Below, piece after piece: positions 1 through 10,016 of a stretch of 64,000 nt of DNA. Under the pieces are notes generated by a model. The model was given only the letters and a program-made list of their open reading frames with translations, searched no databases and was not told the origin of the DNA. Made by a program: the position numbers and the translations under genes. Location: NCBI RefSeq assembly GCF_001194135.2, contig NC_068982.1:55663070-55727069 (forward strand), written 5' to 3'. The stretch is from Octopus bimaculoides (lineage: Eukaryota). Each line of letters opens with the position of its first letter. Position 1 is the stretch's first letter.

Positions 1-51
<51 letters not shown>
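1..51. repeat. (GA)n microsatellite
   Basis: Direct observation. Confidence 0.98.
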
Positions 52-53
<2 letters not shown>

Positions 54-229
54 AAAGTTGCATATTTCCTGCTGAATGTTTTCAAAATTTTAAATTCCCT
101 GACAAATTTAAAATTTTTAACTTTTTTCAAATTTTTTTTTCAATCTACATGGAAAAATATGGAGATCAAAAATATGGAAAAAAAACAAAGAACTGCACGC
201 ACACACATATCAGCCACACCCTCCCACCT

Positions 230-526
230 CGTAGTCACATGTGTTGATAATGACATGCCCTACGTCTTCCATTAGATCATCCTACCAGGGCTTTACTCTC
301 ATTTGACGCAGCAGCTATGACATGGAAGTGACCTCATGGCTGGACATGATTAAGGAAGATCTCCAGAGGCTCGATGTTACCTTGGAAAATGCAGAGGAGT
401 TGGCATGGGACTGCCAGTGATGGAGAGCACTGGTGGACCTGGTTGATTCTATGCATAATGACATCTCTGGAACCACTAATCTAGGATGACCCCAGCTCTG
501 TCAAGCAAGAGCATGAAGCAAGCAAG
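230..526 (+). mobile_element. RTE-type LINE 3' fragment (ORF2 C-terminus plus tail)
   Basis: Degenerate translation HALRLPLDHPTRALLSFDAAAMTWK*PHG...WLDMIKEDLQRLDVTLENAEELAWDCQ*WRALVD matches the RTE C-terminal GHxLR...RGRP..W...D..WR pattern. Ends in CAAG repeats. Confidence 0.75.
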
Positions 527-812
527 TATACTTTACTTATGGGTTAACCAAGCTACCATTAGTTTCATATTGAGAGAGGTATATCTCTTAGCAATTATCA
601 AAAACTTTTGCATGGGATATTGGTGTTCATCTCCATTTGGATGAAAATGTTTTGGCGTTCATCTTCATCTTGGATGAACACACCTTACTGTTTTCATCTA
701 AGATGGGGATGAACACCAATGTCCCATGCAAAAAGGTTTGATAATTGCTAAGAGATATAACTCTCTTGACATGAAACCAATGGTAGCTTGGTTAACCCAT
801 AAGTAAAGAATA
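527..812. mobile_element. Fold-back MITE with ~120-bp inverted arms
   Basis: ctttacttatgggttaaccaagctaccatt...ggatgaaaa (531-647) is the near-perfect reverse complement of ttttcatctaag...ggttaacccataagtaaag (691-808). Confidence 0.85.
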
Positions 813-2204
813 TTTATCTACCAATGTGGTGTTGAGTACTGATTCTCACTGTTTGATATCAACATACACCCCACCCACACACACACTATAGGTAGATACC
901 CTTCTACACAAATATGTTTATACACACACATATACACACTATATACATATTTATCCGTCTTTTGATGTCTGTGTATGCTTCTGGTATTAAATGTGTGTAC
1001 TTCATTTAGTCATTTTTTTAAATTAAGGATTTTTCACATTACCAATTAGTCTTTTACCTCTGTTTAGAATATTACACTTCCCAGATTCAATTGTATTTCA
1101 CATCCTTTCTGAGTATTATAAGGATTTTTCACATTACCAATTAGTCTTTTACCTCTGTTTANNNNNNNNNNTTCCCAGATTCAATTGTATTTCACATCCT
1201 TTCTGAGTATTATAAGGATTTTTCACATTACCAATTAGTCTTTTACCTCTGTTTAGAATATTACACTTCCCAGATTCAATTGTATTTCACATCCTTTCTG
1301 AGTATTATCTTTCAGATATAAGGGCTTCAGTTCTGGTTATTCGTGTAGTTTTTATTGCAAACAAGAATGATAAGAATCAAGATTATGATGTAGATTTTGT
1401 TTCCACATTTGTTTATCCCTGAACTTTAAATTTTCTGGCTGTTGTATTTCACATTACCTGGTTTCTGAAAGAAGCCAGGTAATATTTCAACGGTGGTGTC
1501 TGCTGTATGTTACTTAGATGTGTTAACTAATTCTTTGAGTTTTGCATTACATTTGGTGTAGAGTAGCTTTCATGGATAATTTTCTAGTCCTTTTGTAAAT
1601 ATTCTCTCTTTCTTGTAGTGTCATCACCTCTGTTGCACCATAGCCACCACCACTACTGCCACTGCCACTGCTACCAACATTATGACTGCTGCTGCCACCA
1701 CCACCACCACCGTTGCTGTTAACAGATAGTGTTTGATGATTAGCCACTTAAGCAATTCTCTTATTCTTAACATTTCTTTCAAGTAAATATTCATCTGATC
1801 ATAATATTTAACTTAATTCTTTCCCTAATGCAAAAAATATATATCAATTTTTATTGATTGACAAGGCCAGTACAGTTGATAATCTTTGATCCAAAATCCC
1901 GCCCCCTCCAAAAAAACCCTTCAATATTTGAATTCCTTTTGAGTGAGCGAAACACCACTAGTAGAAAATTCCAAAAGTGCTCTGGAGGTTTTTTTCCTGG
2001 AATTGTGCAACTGCTGCCAGCCATGCACTAAACTCTTTAGCTGCTGAGAGCAATGTCACCCTCTCTGGGTTGTGTAAAAGTGTAATAACTAGATTTGTTT
2101 TTGGTGAAATGAGAAATACTGTCTTCAAAGTGAAACTGTTATATGTTGCATGAAACTGGTCTAGAGTTAAGATTGTATAAAACTACCATCACTATTTATG
2201 CATA

Positions 2205-2577
2205 AGCTGTATCATCATCCTCATCCTCATCATCCTAATCATTTAATGTCCACTTTTCTTAGCATTCATGAGTCTGATGAAATTTGTTGAGGCAGATATT
2301 CTATGGCCAGTTGTCCATCTTGACACCTGTTTCCAAACAGTGTAATATATCCATGGTCTGGCTCATCTTTCATGGAAGACAGGAAACAAGCTAATTTACA
2401 ATCACCATGTGATGTTAAGACATAGGCACACACACGATGGCTTTTTTCAGCTTCTGTCTTGCAGATCTACTCTCAAGGCTTTGGTTGGCTTGCGGCTTCA
2501 GTAGGGGGTCACTTGCCCAAAGTGCTGCACAGTAGGACTGAGCCCTAGACCATATGGTTAGGGAGCAAGCTTCTTAA
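2205..2577 (-). mobile_element. tRNA-derived SINE family B (GAT-tail variant), interrupted by the piggyBac element
   Basis: Reverse complement of the head ...ggtaagaagcttgcttcccaaccacatggt...ggcaccttgggcaagtg seen in other copies. The last head bases resume after 3585. Confidence 0.75.
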
Positions 2578-3581
2578 CCAGTTTATGACAGTGGTTCATT
2601 TGGTTGCCTGCGCGTGGCAATGGTAATTGCGCTGATTGAGGTCAGCACTCAGTGCGAGATAACATTCGGCGTATATTTATGTCAACCACTTTAGTGCAAG
2701 TACTGTTTATTTACCTAAACTATATCCGGAATAAGATCACTTGTCAGATCAACTTCCTGTATTTACAATCACATGAATTCAAAAACTGACTTTAGTGTGG
2801 TAGAGTTCAAAATGGGGAACCACACACAGTAGTATATCACATTGTAAACAATAGCATCCAGTTTCCTTACATTTCCCTTTTGCTTTACATACTGTGCATA
2901 TCTTTGAAGCATCTGTCTTCTCGGTGATCGGGGGAAACAGTCATGGAAAATATCCACATTCCTTCACCATGCAGTGAGGCAAGAGTTCGCTGTGGGGATG
3001 TCCACGTGTTCTGTACTTTGGCAGGTCTGATGCTACTATCATATCATGGAACAATAGATTCCTGAATATCAATCCATACCTCACACCACCAAGCATCTGC
3101 CAAATCAAATGTGAGTTCACGGCACACATGTCAACTATATACAAGAAATTTTTTTGTACCATTTCACAAATTTTCTCACCAATTTGTGTCATCGTCAGCT
3201 GATCTGAGTGATTGACCCCACCTATCCCTTCGTTGTTTGAAGCAACTACACTTGATTTCATTATGGCATTACCATCTGCATCTTGTTTCCTAATATCCTT
3301 CATGCTTGCAGAATGCATGTTTTTCCTGTGCATCCTCACAGTCCCACAGGCATTAGTCCTCCTCACCTGCAGCTGCAGGAAGAGGTCTGGACTGGAAAAC
3401 CAGTTGTTCATATAAATATTGTAGCCTTTGTGAAACAAGTTTTCATTCAGCAACAATGTGGCATAAGTTGACACTAGAGTAGACGCTGGAAGATCCAATC
3501 TGTCTTGATCTGTGTAGATTTTGTAATTTCACATTTCATCCATCGAAAAACTTATAGAAGATGTCAACTATTTTAAAAGGG
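2578..3581 (-). mobile_element. Internally deleted piggyBac DNA transposon flanked by TTAA
   Basis: TTAA at 2574-2577 and 3582-3585, CC...GG termini, piggyBac transposase remnant inside. Confidence 0.75.
2779..3498 (-). pseudogene. piggyBac (PGBD4-like) transposase remnant, frameshifted
   Basis: KGYNIYMNNWFSSPDLF...NACGTVRMHRKNM and GIGGVNHSDQL correspond to the piggyBac DNWYTS/GTVR/GGVDxxDQ motifs. A second frame gives the Cys-rich tail ICTVCKAKGKCKETGCYCLQCDILLCVVPHFELYHTKVSF*. Confidence 0.9.
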
Positions 3582-3614
3582 TTAACCGTACAAGACTACA
3601 CCTATGCAATCGCA

Positions 3615-3996
3615 GAATGTTATATATGACTGTATGGTAAGAAGCGTGCTTCCCAACTACATGGTTCTGAGTTCAGTCACACTGTGTGGCACCTTGGGCA
3701 AGTGTCTTCTACTATAGCCTCGCGCCAACCAAAGCCTTGTGAGTGGATTTGGTAGACGGATACTGAAAGAAGCCTGTTTTATATGTGTGTGTGTGTGTCT
3801 TTGTGTGTGTGTTTGTTCCCCCCCCCATCATCACTTGACAACCAGTGTTGGTGTGATTGCATCCCTGTAACTTGGCAGTTCAGCGAAGAGGCCAATAGAA
3901 TAAGTACTAGGACTTAAACAGTAAGTTTGACAAAAGCACTTCAAGGCAGTGCTCTGGCATGGCCACAGTTGGGTGGCTGAAACAAGTAAAAGAATA
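3615..3996 (+). mobile_element. tRNA-derived SINE family B with internal (TG)n
   Basis: Head ggtaagaagcgtgcttcccaactacatggttctgagttcagtc, core ggcaccttgggcaagtgtctt, tail gaaacaagtaaaaga. Homologous copies at 47970-48352 (-), 49055-49480 (+), 25270-25570 (-), 38545-38700 (+) and 15607-15735 (+). Confidence 0.85.
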
Positions 3997-4071
3997 CACA
4001 CACACACATGTATATGTTTTGATGATTACTGTTGATTTCTGTAACAGGGAAAAAATTATTTAATTGCTAAG

Positions 4072-4188
4072 AGCAATGTTAAAAACCATGGAGAATGAAT
4101 TTCCTTTATCAAATGTCATAGACCAAATGTCAAAGAAGCATTTATATTCTATAGCAAAGAATCAGATTGAATTTAATTTCACATTTTG
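4072..4188 (+). CDS. Candidate exon of an unidentified upstream gene
   Basis: ttatttaattgctaag| acceptor (or gtaacag| at 4047), 117 nt open in phase 2-2 (AMLKTMENEFPLSNVIDQMSKKHLYSIAKNQIEFNFTF), TG|GTAAGT donor. No recognisable homology. Confidence 0.25.
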
Positions 4189-5169
4189 GTAAGTTTATAA
4201 GTCACTGTCATGTAAGTGTAGATATATGTGTGCATTAATTTAAGCTGTTGAAATTTCACCATCATAAAAAAAAAAAATTGCTCATTAATAAGTATATTTC
4301 TTCATGCTAAATGAACCTCTGAAAAAAAAAAAAGGATTCATTNNNNNNNNNNGCTAAATGAACCTCTGAAAAAAAAAAAAAGGATTCATTCAATAAATAT
4401 ATTTTTTTTAAAAAGCATTGTAGTTTGCTTGAAGCATTGTAGTACAGAAGTAGAAAATGAAAGAAAAGAAAAATAAGGAAAGCTTCTAACAATGCAAAAG
4501 CGCATCTTCAGAAGAAAGCAGTCCAAAATATGTGTGTTTACATAGATTTCACTGTGACTATGACTAACATACGCCACTGCTACTGCCACCACCATGGGAA
4601 AATATATTAGAATGACCACAACCAACAGTTGGAGAGTCGATCCAAACACCTAGCAATTTAAAGTAATGAATTCTATGTAAACATACATTTCTTTGACTGC
4701 TTTCTTCTTAAGCAAAAGAGACCAATAGAATAAGTATTAGGTTTAAAAAAACGTACAGGGTTTGATTCGTTCCACTAAATATTCTTCAAGGCAGTACCAC
4801 AGCATGGCTGCAGTCTAATGAGTGAAACAAGTAAAAGATAAAAAGTGTGTGTGTATGTGTGCGTGCATGCATGTGTGTAACTTTGTCTTGACTTCAAGTG
4901 ATTGTTGTATAAGAGACATCACCATTATACAAGAGATGTTGTTTGTTTCCAGGCTACCATGCTAAACAAGTTTGGTCATGGAGAAATTTTACCTTGCTTA
5001 GAAATAGGTGACGGTTGGTGATAAGAAAAGCATCAGATTTTAGAAAATTTGCCTCATAACATTCCATCTGGCCTATGTAAACATGGAAAAGGCTACATTA
5101 AATGATGATGATGATGATAAAAATGGCTTCTCCTTGTCAAAGCTGGCTTATCTCACATTATTTCCACTC

Positions 5170-5558
5170 AGGCTTTCCAACTCATTCATCATTCTTTCAC
5201 TCATCAGTCATATTGTGGCCCAGGCTCTGCATTAACCACTTTTCTTAGTCCTTGCTGTCTGCATTAATCTTCTAGTATTTCCTGTCTGCCTACAGTTCTC
5301 TAGCTGATGCCAACTTACAAGTTTGCTTGAGATCATGTCAATTAATAGAATGGCCATTTTTTGGTCATGGTCTAGGATTGCTGCAATGTGTAGCACCATC
5401 CTAGGGGTGAGAGCAGCACTCAGTAGGGCACAAATATGAGCTTTCTGGCTCTGAAGAATAAAATCAGGCTTTGTCAATATAACTGCTCTATAAATCTGTG
5501 GTCTTGCACTTAATTTAGAAATTAGTCCTACTCTCTGTAATGAATACTTTATTCTCAA
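5170..5558 (-). mobile_element. RTE-type LINE ORF2 C-terminal fragment
   Basis: ORF 5232-5558: KLSARPQIYRAVILT...KAHICALL...RMVLHI...DMISSKLVSWHQL...TGNTRRL resembles the RTE post-RT region (IYRAVIL..LLY..E.W; HQLRW.GH..RM.D.RLP). Confidence 0.65.
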
Positions 5559-6201
5559 TCAAAGCAAAGTTCATAATTCAATTTATTCTTCAAATGGTTT
5601 CTTTTCAATTTTGTTTCCAAATGTCTTTTGATATAATCAAACTTCACTTCTCAATTCAAATCTCAGAGGTTTCAAATTCATGTTGAAAACAATGTTTTTA
5701 ATAATATTGTGTGGAGAGGTGGTGAAAAAGTGCCAAGCTAAATGCTTTGTGATATTTCTTTTGTATCTTTTGCTTATGAGTTCAAATTCCTCTGTTTCAA
5801 CAGCTCATGAGTTCAAATTGCTTGTGATTGGAATGCCACATGCAGATTGTTACAACAAACAAATGATATAGTGTTTTAGGTTCTACAGTTCTACCTAACT
5901 TTTAACCCTAATGTTTCAATGGGAAGTTGAATTAACTAGTGAAAGCTGTATGCATGTGACCAGCAGGCAGAATACTGAACAGTTTTTTTTGTTTCTCAAG
6001 ATTTACATTTTGCCAGGGTTAACTTCATCTGAGGTCAGCAAAATATATAGCCAAGCCTAAAACAAGAAATATGATATTTAGGGAGACTGATACAATTTAT
6101 ACTGTTTTTTGAAACACATGTTTCTTGATGTGATTCATTCAGTTTAATACTTAATTTTCATTTTATTTTATAGTTCAAGAGAAGAGAGTGATAATATAGT
6201 C

Positions 6202-6431
6202 CAGTGGTTCTTAACTGGGGTTCATATAAGATTTTGTTGTTAAAATTTATGTGCAAGACATTGCTTATATTTCTAAAATACAAAATATTTTAACATTTTT
6301 TTATATAATTCTTAATATTTGATTATAAAAAACAGTAGTATTCTTTATACAGATCAAATGGCTATGGAGATCCAGAAGAATAAAATAGGAATCAAAGGGA
6401 TTTCATAGGCCAAAAATGGTTGAGGACCACT
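6202..6431 (+). mobile_element. hAT/Charlie-like MITE (CAGTGGTTCT termini)
   Basis: Starts cagtggttcttaac and ends ggttgaggaccact. Internal aaatggctat...gaataaaata...atcaaagg is shared with the copy at 13431-13771. Confidence 0.65.
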
Positions 6432-6694
6432 TGCGTTTTTAATATAGTTAACAAAATAGTTGTCTGGAAATTGAAACTGTTCACAGACTTAGTTTCACTA
6501 ATAACTTGCTATCACAATACAATATCAGCTACAATAGTATTCGACCCTTATATGAGAGTCACAGGTGGTAAAATGTATTGAGTATCAGCCTAAAGAATGA
6601 AATATCAGCTGTTTGTAACCCAACACTATCTCTGCACTATCCCAAAATCATGACACCTAACTTCTAAGGGCTCAACTTAGGGCTATAGAATGAT

Positions 6695-6960
6695 TACCTC
6701 CAACTGTTTTCAGTCATGTTTGTTTGTTTGTTTGTCCATGGACAAGATATCTGAAGAGCCGCTGGATGGATTTGGATGAAACTTTCAGGGATGTTTGGCC
6801 TCATGACTAGCACAAACTGATTAGATTTTGGGATTGATCTGGTGCCGGACAAGGATTCTGGATTATCTTTCTGTTTCTTAAATTTAATTTTTGAGAGTGG
6901 TTAGGTTCATTTCTAGTATTCTCATTTGTGAGAGCAGTCGAGTTTATTTCAGATATTCTC
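6695..6960 (+). mobile_element. Helentron/Helitron-associated non-autonomous element (HINE/DINE-1-like) fragment
   Basis: attacctcc...(GTTT)n...ctggatggatttggatgaaactttcagg...gattagattttgggattgatc architecture is typical of HINEs. Confidence 0.5.
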
Positions 6961-7109
6961 ATTCTAAAAATCATCTCTGGTTAATCATTGAGAGGATGTT
7001 GGTGTTGCTTTGGCAAAGGTTTGCACTTTCTGAGTGCTCTTGTATTCAATTTGTTTTTAAGACACAGTTTTTTATTGGGGACAGGATCAATCAATGTGGC
7101 ATATTATTA

Positions 7110-7665
7110 TTAGAATTGTTAGCACACTGGGCAAAATGCTTAGCGGTATTTCATCTGCTGCTACGTTCTGAGTTCAAATTCCACCGAGGTCAACTTTGCT
7201 TTTCATCCTTTCGGGGTTGATAAATTAAGTACCAGTTGAGTACTGGGGTTGATGTAATCAACTATCCCCTTCCCAAATTTAAGGCCTTCTGCCTATGGTA
7301 GAAAGGACTATTATTATTATCATTATTATTGTTGGGACTCAGATGTGAACTCAGGAGGGGAAAGATACATAAATAAATATTACAAAGCTTTTAGCTTGGC
7401 ACCTTCTGCCTAATATTACAAATGATATTAATCTGCACATCAAGGATCGGTGAACTGGCAGAATTGTTAGCACACTGGGCAAAATGCTTAGCAGCATTTT
7501 ATCCTTCTTTACGTTCTGAGTTCAAATCCCACTGAGGTTGACTTTATCTTTCATTCTTTTGGGAGTCAATGAAATAAGTACCAGTTGAGCACTGGAGGTT
7601 GATGTAATTGACTCACCCCTCCTTCAAAATGCTGGCCTTGTGCTGAAATTTGAAATCAATATTAA
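7110..7665 (+). mobile_element. Two SINE family A copies (7110-7330 and 7441-7665)
   Basis: Consensus gaattgttagcacactgggcaaaatgcttagc...gttctgagttcaaattcc (B-box-like)...ttcatcctttcgggg...aagtaccagttgagcactgggg...(ATT)n. Confidence 0.85.
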
Positions 7666-7668
7666 TTT

Positions 7669-8012
7669 GCACATCTAACTTAACTTGGCAACAGGCACCC
7701 AAGCACTGAATACCAAATCAAAAGTCCATCAAACCGATTAGACATTGCTAACTGTTTAGTCAGTGTTAAACTATATTGATTTGACAGATTTTTTGGTCTA
7801 GAATTTGGTGCTTGGGTGCCTGTTACTGATGCTGCGCAATTTGTACTGAAATCATGTGATACAATAGTCTCATCAGTTGGTGATGATGAAATTTCATCAA
7901 GCAATATAATCTATACATTTTAGCACCTGATGTCTGAACAAGAGGATTTCTCAGGACAATTACTGCAGTCTATGGTGTTCTTAACAACACATTGAAGTTA
8001 AGTTGGATGTGC
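7669..8012. mobile_element. MITE with 18-bp TIRs and an internal 17-bp inverted repeat
   Basis: gcacatctaacttaactt (7669-7686) vs aagttaagttggatgtgc (7995-8012) match at 17/18. Internal aacaggcacccaagcac (~7690-7706) vs gtgcttgggtgcctgtt (~7808-7824). Confidence 0.65.
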
Positions 8013-8489
8013 TAATCAAATCAATATTCATTACAAATATAGCTTCTGTTACTAATAGCTAATAAATAATATTGTTTTTGACATTAATTTGAAGCCTTTG
8101 AAATTTGAATTGAGAAGTGAGGTTGATTATATCAAAAGGATATCTGAAAAAATTATATAGAAATCATTTGAAGTGTAAATTGAATTTAAATCATAGACTT
8201 TGCTATGGCTAGCCAATTGAGAACTTACTATACATTTCAGTGAATAGTACTAATTTCTGCAAGAGCTCAGACTGTTCCCCTTCTTATACCTCAAGGGACT
8301 ACCCTAACACCTTGTCATCTTTATCTTTCTTTCTCTCCATCCTTATTACAACCAGCCAGTCAGATATAATGCATGTAGCCATGTATCTTCTACAACAAGA
8401 AATCTGTTCTGGCCCTTTCTTTCATACTTTAACTTTTCATTACTTGGCATAAAGCTGTCCCCACCTCTTAACTGTAATTCCATTCATTT

Positions 8490-8690
8490 GAATGGGATCT
8501 TAGTTTTGTGAGCCACATGGCAACTTCATTAGTGCTGTTGACAGGAGAAAAGCATCCAGTACACTCTGTAAAGTTGGTTGGTGTTAGGAAGGGTATCTAG
8601 CTGTAGGAACCATGCCAAAACAGACATCGGAACATAATGCAGTCTTCTGATTCATCAGATCTTGTCAAACCATCCAACTCATGATGGCAT
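8490..8690 (+). mobile_element. Family C retroelement 3' tail
   Basis: cagtacactctgtaaagttggttggtgttaggaagggtatctagctgtag...ccatccaactcatg, homologous to the other family C copies. Confidence 0.7.
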
Positions 8691-9649
8691 ATATATATTA
8701 TTTTATTAAAAGAGTTCCAACTCTGTCTGTTTTTCATGTTTTATTTATATTCTTGTAAAATTAATGTGGGATATAGAATATGGAATATATAATATATAAT
8801 ATAAAAATGGATGGTACAATGAAATGACGTATTGAATGTCTTATTGAATATATGGAATATGTCTTATTGAATATATGAAATATTGAGTGTNNNNNNNNNN
8901 TGACGTATTGAATGTCTTATTGAATATATGGAATATGTCTTATTGAATATATGAAATATTGAGTGTTCAATATAAAGGCGAATACGTATTTTCAATACCT
9001 TTTGGTAATTCATCATGGCCGGTATCTGACAGGCACTGTGGCACATTGATCTATTTTTAACTCATTTCTCTTATATTACTTGAAATAGTTCATTAGTTAT
9101 AATATACATAATTGTATTCTACATTTATTAATTTCATGTCTCAGTAACAATATCATTATGTATGAAACTTACAACTACTGATGTAGGTGTGGTGTGAAGA
9201 AGATGAAATTCCATGGTATCATCCAGTGTTGAGAGGTTATGATATCAGGGGTTTTTGGTTCTTCAGATGTCAGCAGCTTCCAATACATCACAGAAGTTTG
9301 AGCAGACAGTTCAGAAACATGGGAAGTAGGTCAAGTAAAGTAATGACTTTAGAAAGTTTTTCCAAGTCCATGTGATTAGCAAAAAGAAAGAGATTTGACT
9401 TTTATTGCACAAAGGAACTAAAGAGTTAAAAAAGAATTGTTGAAAAGCTGCCAATTTTGAAAAATGTGCTTGTGGGGAGCAATTGCTCCCCTTGTTCCTC
9501 TGACAAGTACTCATTAGTTTATATGTAACAGAAGATACAAGTTGTCAATGGCATTCCTATTTTTTCTTGTGGGATTTGAAATTGTATTGCAGATTTGGTT
9601 TACTGAAAATGTACTCTTTCACTGCAGTTCTAGTTATGAATAAAGTATT

Positions 9650-9810
9650 TTCTGTCTTTTACATTCTGAGTTCAAATTCTGCTGTGGTCAACTTTGTCTT
9701 TCATCCTTTCAGGGTTGATGAAATAAGTACCAGGTGAACACCGGGGTTGATGTAGTTGACTATCCCTCTCTCCACATAATTTCAGGGCTTGTGCTTATAA
9801 TAAGATTGTA
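9650..9810 (+). mobile_element. SINE family A, 5'-truncated
   Basis: ttctgagttcaaattctgc...ttcatcctttcagggttgatgaaataagtaccagg. Confidence 0.75.
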
Positions 9811-10016
9811 ATAAGTTCCGAGTTCAAATACCTCCAAAATTAACTTTACCCTTCATCCCTCCAAGATCAGAAAGAGAAAGTACCAGTCAAATACAGGAAT
9901 TGGCTAGCCTCTGTGCCATAAAATGCCTTCATTGTACACAAAGCCAGCTTGCAGAGATAGAGAATCTAGTTGTTTAAATCGAATCCAGTAATCCTACACA
10001 AGTGTACCCACCACTC

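Noticed and set aside
1026-1308. Threefold ~95-bp tandem repeat
   Set aside because: It straddles a 10-N gap, so it is probably an unmerged contig overlap rather than a true array.
4305-4390. Direct repeat around a 10-N gap (same pattern at 8826-8965)
   Set aside because: Identical sequence on both sides of a fixed-size gap is an assembly artefact.
7680-7904. 74-aa minus-strand ORF as a host exon
   Set aside because: It lies inside a TIR-bounded MITE (7669-8012), has a weak acceptor and shows no homology.
9173-9418. Minus-strand exon (tctttag| ... |gtaagt)
   Set aside because: The splice sites are plausible but every frame has stops; only a 14-codon terminal ORF (MEFHLLHTTPTSVV) remains. 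Not supportable without RNA data.
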